DNA from: the human T2T-CHM13v2.0 reference genome, Homo sapiens
Strand: one strand, 5' to 3'
DNA length: 64,000 nucleotides
Assembly (NCBI RefSeq): GCF_009914755.1
Contig: NC_060937.1
Positions 27,111 to 38,088 of the stretch are shown piece after piece. Within the stretch, counting starts at the first letter, position 1; each line of letters starts with the position of its first letter. The notes under the pieces were generated by a model. It did no database searches. It saw nothing but the letters and a program-made list of their open reading frames with translations, and was not told where the DNA came from. A program made the translations under genes and the position numbers.

Positions 27111-27690
27111 AAAGTTAAAGTGTAAGAAACATGGCCCAGAATACTCTTCTTTTGCTAATTCAACAGGAGTTATCCCAATCTTAGTTTTATGACCCCCTTA
27201 TGCTGTGTTTCTGATTATTTTAAGAAGTGCTGAAAAAGTTTCTAAATATTGAGCTGAAAATTCATCTGGATCTGCCTTAATTAGATGAGCACACTACAAT
27301 GGCCAGTGTCCACTAGAGCACCCATAAAAGCCCAGCACAGGGCTAAGGGCTTTATCTAAATTATCATCCTGTTCCATGATCTGTGAACTGAGATTTAAAT
27401 AACTATATTACCTGCCTAAAGTCATACAACTGGTAAAGGGTGGCAGAGACTGCTATGGTTTGAATGTGGTGTCCCCCCCAAAATTCATGTTGAAACCTAA
27501 CCATCAAGGTGATGGTATTGGAAGGTGGGGCCTCTGGGAGGTGATAGACCCTGAGAGCTCCTCCCTTGTAAATAAATTAGGAAACTTATAAAAAGGGCTT
27601 GCAGGAATGAGTTCACCTTTTTTTTTTTTTCTGCTTTTTTTCCAAGTGAAGGTGCGGTGTTCCTACCCTCCAGAGGAAGCAGCATCAGGG

Positions 27691-28079
27691 TGTTGTGTTG
27701 GACCCCTGCAAACTTCAGTAGGGATGGCACCAGGTTCAAGAGGCTGAAGAAGAGACCCAGAGCCAGCAAACAAGACATAGAGTCTTACTGGGACGGTCCA
27801 GTGGTGGCAGGACCGATCCACCATACAGGAACGGTCCAGTGGTGGCAGGACCGATCCACCATACAGGAACGGTCCAGTGGTGGCAGGCTAGACAGGAGAC
27901 CCACAACCACTTGCAAAAAGCATGCAGTTGATACAGCACCTTCACTCAGAACCCTCCCCAGCAACCTCCATGTGGTAACCCTCATCTTATAAGTAACATT
28001 ATTAGTCAGGTGAATCTAGCATGCAGGGTCATTCTCAGGGTATGCTTAAATTATTGCTGTCAGGTGCATCTACCATACA
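27691..28079 (-). mobile_element. ERVL solo LTR (LTR47/LTR32-like)
   Basis: TG...CA ends; minus strand starts TGTATGGTAGATGCACCTGACAGCAATAA; 5-bp TSD CAGGG/CAAGG at 27686-27690 and 28080-28084. Confidence 0.75.
27793..27887. repeat. Perfect 38-bp tandem repeat, 2.5 copies
   Basis: ACGGTCCAGTGGTGGCAGGACCGATCCACCATACAGGA starting at 27793, 27831 and 27869 (partial). Confidence 0.97.
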
Positions 28080-28261
28080 CAAGGCACCATCTTGAGAGTG
28101 GAGACTTGGCCCTCACCAAACAATTGAACCTGCTGGCACCTAGATCTTGGAACTACCCGTCTTCAGAACTGTGAGTAAAAAATTTCTGCTCTTTATAAAA
28201 ATTACCCAGTCTTAGGTATTCTGTTATATCAGCACAAATGAATTGGAACTTGTCTGCTTGA

Positions 28262-28301
28262 TTTTTTTTTTTTTTTTGAGACGGAATCTCACCGTGTCGC
28301 C
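28262..28301 (-). mobile_element. Extremely 5'-truncated Alu (24 nt plus A16)
   Basis: T16-GAGACGGAATCTCACCGTGTCGCC; TSD TGTCTGC[T/C]TGATTTT at 28251-28265 and 28302-28316. Confidence 0.85.
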
Positions 28302-28989
28302 TGTCTGCCTGATTTTATAGTCACCAGCCTGTAAACCACTCTGTATAATCACTGGGCAAGAGATGATATTAACAGCAAATGATGTATCTGCAAATGTTGG
28401 GACGTGCTGGAATTCATACTAGAGATAATGTATTGTAGGCTTTGGTTTTATTTCTACTACTGCTTTCAAAACCTATAAAATTTGAATTTTTATGCTTTAG
28501 TTTTTTAATTAAAAATGGGCAACAATGCTTTTTACAACTTTTATGTTTTTTTTCACACGTACATGCCCATGTAACAAAATTCATAGAATTCAAAGGGGGT
28601 ATTTAGTGAAAAGTAAATCTTCTATTTTCTTCTATCCCCCAGCTACTCAGTTCACCCAGAGGCAGTGGTTTGGGATATTTTATTGCATTCCAATAAGGAA
28701 AACGGAATGACTGTTGCTGGCATAGTCTCTTCAAGATTAATCTCCTGGGGCTGGGGAAAGGATTAGTGAAACTAGTCTGTTGGCCAAATAGAAGACAAGC
28801 CACAGTATCTGCCATGGTTTGAATAATCTGTTACTTATTTAGTAAAATGCACTATTGATGGCACTTTCTAAACTTTTGCTACAGTGAATATCTTTGTATA
28901 AATGTAATTTTGTAAGTATTTCTGTAAGATAAATGTTTAGAGGTGGAATACCTGGGTGAAAAGTATGTGCACTAAAATTAAAAAAAAAA

Positions 28990-29755
28990 TTTCAACTTTT
29001 ATTTCAGACTCAGGGAGTATATGTGCTAGTTTGTTACCTGGGTATACTGCATGATGCGGAGGTTTGGGGTATGGTTGATCCTGTAACCCAGGTACTGAGC
29101 ATAGTACCCAATAGTTATTCAACCCTTTTCCCTCTTTGTCCCTCTCTCCTCCAGTAGTCCCCAGTGTCTATTGTTGCCATCTTTATGTCTGTGACTACCC
29201 AGTGTTTAGCTCCCACTTATAAGTGAGGACATGTGGTATTTGGTTCTCTGTTTCTGCATTAATTCACTTAGGATAATGACCTCCAGCTGCATTCATGTTG
29301 CTGCAAAAGACATTTCATTCTTTTTCATGGCTGTGTAGTATTCTATGGGGTATTCCATGGTGCATATGTACTACACTTTATCCAATCCACCACTGATGGA
29401 CACCTAGATTGGTTCTGTGTCTTTGCTATTGTGAACAGTGCTGCAACGAACATACAAGTGCATGTATCTTTATAATAGAATGGTTTATATTCCTTTGGGT
29501 GTATACCTAGTAATGGAATTGCTGGGTCAAATAGTAGTTCTGTTTTTAGCTCTTTGAGGAACCATCATACTGATTTCAACATGGTTGAACTAATTTATAC
29601 TCCCTCCAATAGTGTATAAGCATCCCTTTTTCTCCACAACCTCACCAGCACTTGTTATTTTTTGACTTTTTATTAATAGCCATTCTGACTGGTGTGAGAT
29701 GGTATCTCATTGTGGTTTTGATTTGCATTTCTCTGATTAGTGATGTGGAGCATTT
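28990..29755 (-). mobile_element. L1PA15/16-like 3' end, lying within older L1M-like fragments (~28480-29960)
   Basis: TTCAACTTTTATTTCAGA...GTTTGTTACCTGGGTATACTGCATGATGC 3'UTR and ORF2 tail. Confidence 0.85.
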
Positions 29756-30904
29756 TAATACTGTTTATAATAACTGTAGCTTTATAATTGATTTAATCCC
29801 TAGGAAGGCTAATGTCCCCTGACCACCATTATCATTTCAGAAATTTTGTGGTTATCTTTACTGTTTTAATTTTAAATTTTTATTTGCTTTTTCATCAGTT
29901 TATCAAATTAAAAAAATCCTTGTGTATCATTATTAGAATTAAGTTAAATTTATAACACGGAAATCCTAGTTGACATTTTGCCTTTCTATCAAAGGGAACA
30001 GTATATGTACTTTCCACCTTTCTCTCCTAGTTTTTGTTTTTAAACTAAAGAATGTTTGATTCTCTTTCTCAGGGGAAATTTGTCTTTAGGAAATAGAAAA
30101 AATATATACCTTTTTTTTGGTTTTGGTCTTTAGATTTGGCTAAAATATTCACCCTGAACTCATTCACCGATTTTATGATGAAATTATAATGGGAAAAAAA
30201 AGTTTGCTTTTATAAAGTTCTGTGAGTAGTTGGTCTTGAATCACAGCAATGCCAAATCTCCTTTTTCAGTGTTTTGCAAGTTCTTCTAGGGTATCCTATG
30301 GCTGTTTGCCAGGGATTAATATACCTTATTGTGGCTTAGGACTTCAATAGCAATGGTGAGGTCCCCAGATCAAGCACCACCAAGGCACACAGCATGTTTA
30401 CATTTCCTAATCAGCCTCACTCTCATGCCAACATTCAAAGAGGACAAACTAAACAAATACTTATTAACTTGTTTAAATCTTGTCTTAAATTCTGCATGTG
30501 AAACCTGAACCTTCCTGAAATCAACTCCCTAGGTAACAAAAACATCCTTATCAATGTTGGGCATGTGCTATAATCATAGTGTCATTGTTTGGAGAAGAAC
30601 GTAGATTATGGCCAAATATCCCTTTCAGTTTGTGAGGAGCCACCGTGCAAATCTTATGAAACAGTTCTGACTTCTCTGCATGCTCTGACTTGCCATGAAA
30701 TAAAGTACTTCCTCTCACAGCTAACCAAACTTTCTTCATTCCTCACTGCTTTAAGATTTAAGAATGGCTGTTTCTAAGAGGTGTAATTTAAAATTATTAT
30801 GCATTATACATCAGAGTTTTAATTGAAATTACTCCTGTTTGCAGCTGTTAGGCCAGTACCTCTATTCTAGGGATCAGTATTTTTTCTATTTTATATATAA
30901 ACAT

Positions 30905-30990
30905 ATATAAATATCGATTGTACTTTGGGGATGAATGGAAAATTAAAGGTTAATGTAAATTAACTTTATTTCGTGCAAACATTTAACTTG
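30905..30990. promoter_or_regulatory. Candidate endoderm/hepatic enhancer motif cluster
   Basis: ATCGAT (ONECUT/CUX), TGTACTTTG (HNF4-like), GGTTAAT (HNF1 half-site), GCAAACA (FOXA) within 80 bp of unique sequence. Confidence 0.3.
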
Positions 30991-31269
30991 AGAAAAACAT
31001 CCTGAAATGTATTTGAAACTTTCTCATTTCTTGCTGTGGAGCTGCACAGCATCCAGTCAGGGCCCATGGCAGCGTTAGAAGTCAAGATGAGCTTCATGCC
31101 CACATAAAAGTGGAAGTGGAGGGTACTGGCTGCTCTTAATTTAGTTAATGCAGCACACGTTCAGGGAACTTATTCTACTATCTGTCTATTAATTTGGCCA
31201 GCTCTTAAGTGTTCTTGTTTGTTTTGTTTTGATTTGTTTTTTGTTCCGATTTGTTTTTTATTCCTTCAG

Positions 31270-31333
31270 GAAGAATCAGAAAGAAAGAGTGATTGTTTTG
31301 GTGACTTGGTTTCAAATCCAAAATAAAACTGAG
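31270..31333 (+). other. Candidate 64-nt exon
   Basis: ~55-nt T-rich tract ending TTCCTTCAG; donor GAG|GTATGG. Confidence 0.3.
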
Positions 31334-32777
31334 GTATGGACTAGAGAGGGATGGGTGAAGATCATACTGTGGTTAGTGTGTTCAGAAGGCAGTGATGTCT
31401 GAGCAGATGCATGAATTCCTGAAAGGGAGTCAGCCACACGAAGAGCTGGGGAGGAAGGGGTTTTAGGCAGAGGAATAGTTAGGGAGAAGGCCCTAAGGTA
31501 GAGTCAAGCTTAGTGTATTCAAAGGACAGGAAGGCAGCCAAAGTGTCTGGCACCTGGAGTACAAAGGTGAGAGGAGTCGGAGATGAAGTTCAAGAATAGA
31601 TGTGGTGTGCAGGTGGCTCCTGGTGATTCCACCTCCTGGGATTCATGCCCTTGTGTAATCTCCTCCCTTATCTCTGAGCTGGACTTGGTGACTCTCTTTT
31701 AACAAATGGCATATGGCAAAAGTGATGCAATATCACTCTGGGATTAATTTATAAAAAACTAAGACTTTTTGCTCTCTCCCTGTGTTAGTCTGTTCTCATG
31801 CTGCTAATAAGACATACCCAAGACTGAGTAATTTATGAAGGAAAGAGGTTTAATGGACTCACAGTTCTGTATGGCTGGGGAGGCCTCAGACACTCAATCT
31901 CTGACCTTCCTCTGTTTTTATCTCCATGTGGATATATTATCTACAATCATGGTGGAGGGCAAACGAGAAGCAAAGGCACATCTTACATGGTGGCAGGGAA
32001 GAGAGCTTGTGTAGGGGAACTCCCATTTATAAAACCATCAGATCTCGTGAGACTTATTCACTAGTATGAGAACAGTATGGGGCAAACTGCCCTCATGATT
32101 CAAGTATCTCCACCTTGCCCTGCCCTTGACATGTGGGGATTATTACAATGCAAGGTGAGATTTGGGTGGGGACAAAAAGACAAACTATATGATTCCGCCA
32201 TGGCCTTTCTCAAATTTCATGTTCTCACATTTCAAAACCAATCATGCCTTCCCAACAGTCTCCCAAAATCTTAACTCAAAAGTCCACAGTCCAAAGTCTC
32301 ATGTGAGATAAGGCAAGTTCCTTTAGCCTATGATCCTGTAAACCCAAAAGCAAGTTAGTTACTTCCTAGATACAATGGGGATATAGGCATTGGGTAAATA
32401 CACCCATTCCAAATAGGAGAAATTGGCCAAAACTGAGGGGCTACAGGCCCCACACAAGTCTGAAATCCAGTGGGGAAACCAAATCTAAAGTTCTGAAATG
32501 ATCTCCTTTGACTTCATGTCTCATATCCAGGTCACGCCGATGTAAGAGGTGGGCTCCCACAACCTTGGGCAGCTCTGCCCCTGTGGCTTTGCAGGGTACA
32601 GCCCCCTCGTGGCTGCTTGCACAGGCTGGTGTTGAGTGTCTGGCTTTCCAGGTGCATGGTGTAAGCTGTCGATGGATCTACCATTCTGGGGTCTGGAGGA
32701 CAGTGGCCCCCTTCTCACAGCTCCGCTAGGCAGTGCCCCAGTCGGGACTCTGTGTGGAGGCTGCAACCCCACATTTC

Positions 32778-35700
32778 TATTTTTTAATTAATTTTTTTTA
32801 TTTTCATACGTTATTGGGGGAACAGGTGGTGTTTGGTTACATGAGTAAGTTCTTTAGTGGTGATTTGTGAGATTTTGGTGCACCCATTACTCAAGCAGTA
32901 CACACTGCACTTAAATTGTGGTCTTTTATCCCTCACCCCTTCCCATCCTTTCCCCCTGAGTCCCCAAAGTCCATTGTGTCTTTCTTACGCCTTTGCATCC
33001 TCATAGCTTAGCTCTCACATATGGGTGAGAACATACGATGTTAGATTTTCCATTCCTGAGTTACTTCACTTAGAATAATAGTCTCCAGTCTCATTCATTG
33101 CTTTTTGTGGCTGAGTTTTATTCTATCACATATATATATATATATGTGTATGAACTCAAACAAATTGGCAAGAAAATATATATATATATGTGTATATATA
33201 TATGTGTATATATATATACACATATGTATATATATGTGTATATATATATACACATATGTATATATATGTGTATATATATATATACATATGTATATATATA
33301 TGTCACAGTTTCTTTACTCATTGATTGATGGGCATTTTGGTTGATTCCACATTTTTGCAACTGCAAATTGTGCTGTTATAAACATGCATGTGCAAGAATC
33401 TTTTTCATATAATGACTTGTTTTCCTCTGGGTAGAAACCCAGTAGTGGGATTGCTGGATCAAATGGTAGTTCTACTTAAGGAATCTCCACACTGTTTTTC
33501 ATAGTGGTTGTACTAGTTTACATTCCCACCAGCAGTGTAGAAATGTTCCCTGTTCACTGCATCCATGCCAACATCTATTTTTTTTTATTTTTTGATTATG
33601 GCCATTCTTGCAGGAGTAAGATTGTATCACACTGTGGTTTTGATTTGCATTTCCCTGATCATTAGTGATGTTAAACATTTTTTCATATGTTTGTTGGCCA
33701 TTTGTGTATCTTCTTTTGGGAATTGTCTATTCATGTCCTTAGCCCATGTTTTAATGGGATTGTTTTGTTTTCTTGCTTATTTGTTTTTGAGTTCATTGTA
33801 GATTCTGGATGTTAGTCCTTCATCAGCTGTATAGATTGTGAAGATTTTCTCCCACTCTGTGGATTGTCTGTTTACTCTGCTGACTGTTCCTTTTGCTGTG
33901 CAAAAGCTCTCTGGTTTAATGAAGTCCACCTATTTTTATTTTATTGCATTCACTTTTGGGTTCTTGGTCATGAAATCCTTGCCTAAGCCAATGTATAGAA
34001 GGGTTTTTCCAATGTTGTCTTCTAAAATTTATAGTTTCAGGTCTTAGATTTAAGTCCTTAATCCATTTTGAGGTAATTTTTGTATAAGGTGAGAGATGAG
34101 GATCCAGTTTCATTCTCCTACATGTGGCTTCCAATTATCCCAGCACTGTTTGTTGAATAGGGTGTCCTTTCCCCACTTTGTTTTTGTTTGCTTTGTTAAA
34201 GATCAGTTGGCTGTAAGTATTAGGGTTTACTTCTGTGTTCTCTATTCTATTCTGTTGGTATATGTGCCTATTTTTATGCCAATACCATGCTGCTTTGGTG
34301 ACTATGGCCTCATAGTACAGTTTGAAATCAGGTAGTGTGATGCCTCCAGATTTGTTCTTTTTGCTTAGTCTTGCTTTGGCTATGCAGGGTGTTTTTTTTA
34401 GTACCATATGGATTTTAGGATTTTTTTTCTAATCTGTGAAGAATGATGGTGGTATTTTAATGGGAATTGCATTGAATTTGTCAACTGCTTTTGGCAGTAT
34501 AGTCATTTCCACAATATTGATTCTACCCATCCATGAGCATGGGATGTGTTTCCATTTGCTTGTGTCATCTATGATTTCTTTCAGTGGTGTTTTGTTGTTT
34601 TCCTTGTAGAGGTCTTTCACCTCCTTAGTTAAGTATATTCCTAAGTATTTTATTTTTATTGTGGCTGTTGTAAAGGGGTTGAGTTCTTGATTTGATTCTC
34701 TGTTTGGCCACTGTTGGTGTATAGAAGAGCTACTGATTTGTGTACATTGATTTTTGTATCCAGAAACTGCCGAATTCTTTGATCAGTTCTAGGAGCTTTC
34801 TGGAGTAGTCTTTAGGGTTTTCTAGGTAAACAATAAATCATCAGCAAACAGTTTGACTTCCTCTTTACCGATTTGGATGCCCTTTATTTCTTTCTCTTGT
34901 CTGATTGCTCTGGCTAGGACTTCCAGTGCTACATTGAAGAGTAGTGGTGAGAGTGGGCATCCTTGTCTTGTTTTAGTTCTCAGAGGGATACTTTTAACTT
35001 TTCCCTATTCAGTATTATGTTGGCTGTGGGTTTGTCATAGATCGCTTTTATTACATTGAAGTATGTCCCTCGTATGCCAATTTTGCTGAGAGTTTTAATC
35101 ATAAAGCGATGTGGAATTTTGTCGAGTGTTTTTTCTGCATCTATTGAGATGATCATGTGATTTGTGGTTTTGATTCTGTTTATGTGGTGTGTCACATTTA
35201 TTGACTTGCATATGTTAAACCATCCCTGCATCCCCACTTGATCATGGTGGATTATCTTTTTGATATGTTGTTGGATTTGGTTAGCTAGTATTTTGTTAAG
35301 GATTTTAGCATCTGTGTTCATCAGGGATATTGGTATGTAGTTTTCCTTTTTTTGGTTATGTCCTTTCCTGGTTTTAGTATTAGGGTGATACTGGCTTCAT
35401 AGAATGATTTAGGGAGGGTTTCCTCTTTCTCTGTCTTGTGGAATAGTGTCAATAGGATTGGTACCAATTCTTCTTTGAATATCTGGTAGAATTCTGCTGT
35501 AAATCCATCTGGTCCTGGACTTTTTTTGTTGGTAATTTTTTTTATTACCATTTCATTCTTGCTGCTTGTTATTGGTCTGTTCATAGCATCTAATTCTTCC
35601 TGATTTAAGCTAGGAAGTTTATATCTTTTCAGGAATTTATCCATCTCCTCTAGGTTTTCTAGTTTATGCAGATAAAGGTGTTCATAGTAGTCTTGAATAT

Positions 35701-37958
35701 TATTTTATATTTCTGTGGTGTCAGTTGTAATATCTCCCATTCCATTTCTAATTGAGCTTATTTGGATTTTCTCTCTTCTTGGTTAATATTGCTAATGGTC
35801 TATCAATTTTATTTCTCTTTTCAAAGAGCCACCTTTTGCTTCATTTATATTTTGTATTTTTTTGTTTCAATTTCATTTAGTTCTGCTCTGATCTTGGTTA
35901 TTTCCTTTACTTTGCTGGGTTTGGGTTTGGTTTGCTCTTGGTTTCTCTAGTTTCTTGAGGTGTGACCTTAAATTGTCTGTGCTCTTTCAGACTTTTTGAT
36001 GCAGCCATTTAGGGCTATGAACTTTACTCTTAGCACCACCTTTGCTGTATCCCAGAGGTTTTTTTATAGGTTGTATCACTATTGTCATTGAGTTTAAATA
36101 GTTTTTTAATTTCCATCTTGATTTCATTTTTGACCCAGTGCTCAATCAGGAGCATGTTATTTAATTTCTGTGTATTTGCATGATTTGAAGTTTCCTTTTG
36201 GAGTTGATTTTCAGTTTTATTCCACTGTGGTCTGAGAGTGCTTGATATAATTTCAATTTTCTTGAAATTTTTTAGGCTCATTTTGTGGCCTATCCTATGG
36301 TCTATCTTGGAGAAAGTTCCATGCATTGTTGAATAGAATGTATATTCTGCAGTTGTTGGGTAGAATGTTCTGTAAATATCTGTTAACTCCATTTGTTCCA
36401 AGGTATAGTTTAAATCCATTGTTTCTTTGTTGACCTTGTCTTGATGACCTGTCTAGTGCCATTAGTGGAGTATTAAAGTCCCCTCCTATTATTCTGTTGC
36501 TGTCTATCTCATTTCTTAGGTCTATTAGTAATTGCTTTATAAATTTGGGAGCTCCAATGTTAGGTGCATATATATTTAGGATTGTGATATTTTCCTATTG
36601 GACAAGGCCTTTTATCATTATATAATGACCCTCTTTGTCTTTTTAAACTGCTGTTGTTTTAAAGTTTGTTTTGTCTAATGTTAGAATAGCTACCCCTGCT
36701 TGCTTTTGATGTCCCTTTGCATGGAATGTATTTTTCCATCCCTTTATCTTAAGTTTATATGAATCCTTATGTGTGAGGCATGTCTCTTAAAGGCAGCAGA
36801 TAGTTGGTTTGTGAATTCTTATCCATTCTGCAATTCTGTATCTTTTAAGTAGAGCATTTAGGCTATTTACATTCAATATCAGTATTGAGGTGTGAGGTAC
36901 CATTCCACTCATCATGCTATTGGTTGCCTGTATACCTTTTTTTTAATTGTATTTTTGTTTTATAGGTCCTGTGAGATTTATGCTTTAAAGAGGTTCTGTT
37001 TTGATGTGTTTCCAGGATTTGTTTCAAGATTTAGAGGTCATTTTAGTAGTTCTTGTGGTGCTGGCTTAGTAGTGGCACATCCTCTCAATATTTGTTTGTC
37101 TGAAAAAGACTGCATCTTTCCTTCATTTATGAAGTTTAGTTTCACTGGGTACAAAATTCTTGGATGATAATTGTTTTGTCTGAGGAGGCTGAAGATAGGG
37201 CCCCAATCCCTTCTAGCTTGTAGGGTTTCTGCTGAGAAATCTGCTGTTAATCTTACAGGTTTTTCTTTATAGGTTACCTGGTGTTTTTGCCTCACAGCTC
37301 TTAAGATTCTTTCCTTTGTCTTAACTTTATATAACAGATGGAAGTGTGCCTAGGCGATGATCTTTTTGTGATGAATTTCCCAGGTGTTCTTTGAGGTTCT
37401 TGTATTTGGAAGTTTTAGTTCTCTAGCAAGGCAGGGGAAGACTTCTCAATCAGTTCAAGTTGTTATAAAGTTCAATTGGAGGTTTTCTTCTCCCTGTGGC
37501 CTTTCCCCAGTGCCTCTGGAAGCCATCCTTAAGGACGCCTGTGAGGTGAGGCAGAAATGGCTTGCTAGAGGACCCAGAAGGCCCACAGGGATTTTTCCAC
37601 TGCTTCCTCTACCCCTGTATTTCACTCAGCTCTCTAAATCAACTCAGCTTCAGGTAACATCAGAATCTTCTCCTGTAGTCTACACCTTCAAGTTCCCCAG
37701 TGAGAGTGTGTGTTCAGGAGTGGACAATATCCCTTTTTCACTTCCACTGTTTGAGCACTCAAAGCATTTGGGATGTCTCCTGGGTCCTGCAGGAGCAATC
37801 TGCTTCCTTCAGAGGGTCTGTGTGTTCTCTTGGCTTTCCTAATGTATTCCTGCAGTTGCTCTGCAGTCAAAGTTCATGCTGAAAGCCTCCATGTGCTGTT
37901 CTGTGCACCTGAGTGGGAGCTTAAATCTAGTCCTGCCTCCCATCTGCCATGATCTCTC
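32778..37958 (-). mobile_element. L1PB1-like element with intact 5' terminus and a 5'UTR/ORF1 internal deletion
   Basis: 3' end GGTTACATGAGTAAGTTCTTTAGTGGTGATTTG; ORF2/ORF1 fragments; 5' start GAGAGATCATGGCAGATGGGAGGCAGG; TSD CAACCCCACATTTC at 32764-32777 and 38089-38102. Confidence 0.92.
33128..33302. repeat. (TA)n/(TATG) microsatellite in the L1PB 3' region
   Basis: Alternating TA with TG/CA interruptions; contains a 27-nt non-repeat insert. Confidence 0.95.
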
Positions 37959-37970
37959 CATCTAGAAGTT

Positions 37971-38088
37971 AGTTTTGCAGGCTGGGAAGTCCAAGATCAA
38001 GAGGTTAGCATATTTGGTTTCTAGTGAGGGCTCAGTCTCTGCTTCATAAATGGCACCTTGTAGCTATGTCCTCCCATGGGGAAAGGAC
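37971..38088 (-). mobile_element. MST (MSTD-like) LTR fragment inside the L1PB TSDs; putative 5'-transduced first exon
   Basis: Minus strand CCATGGGAGGACATAGC...GCCCTCACTAGAAACC...TTGATCTTGGACTTCCCAGCCTGCAAAACT, stopping where GTGAG would follow. Confidence 0.85.

Larger units (their letters stand above)
27451..28245 (+). mobile_element. MST-family (MSTC/D-like) solo LTR interrupted by an ERVL LTR
   Basis: TGCTATGGTTTGAATGT start, TATAAAAAG, CAGAACT|GTGAGT at 28170/28171, TTACCCAGTCTTAGGTATTCTG end. Confidence 0.85.

Noticed and set aside
27793-27887. CRISPR-like repeat-spacer pattern
   Set aside because: The spacers are identical, so it is a simple tandem duplication; human DNA with no cas genes.
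33098-33366. Y/I-rich ORFs
   Set aside because: Translation of a (TA)n microsatellite.
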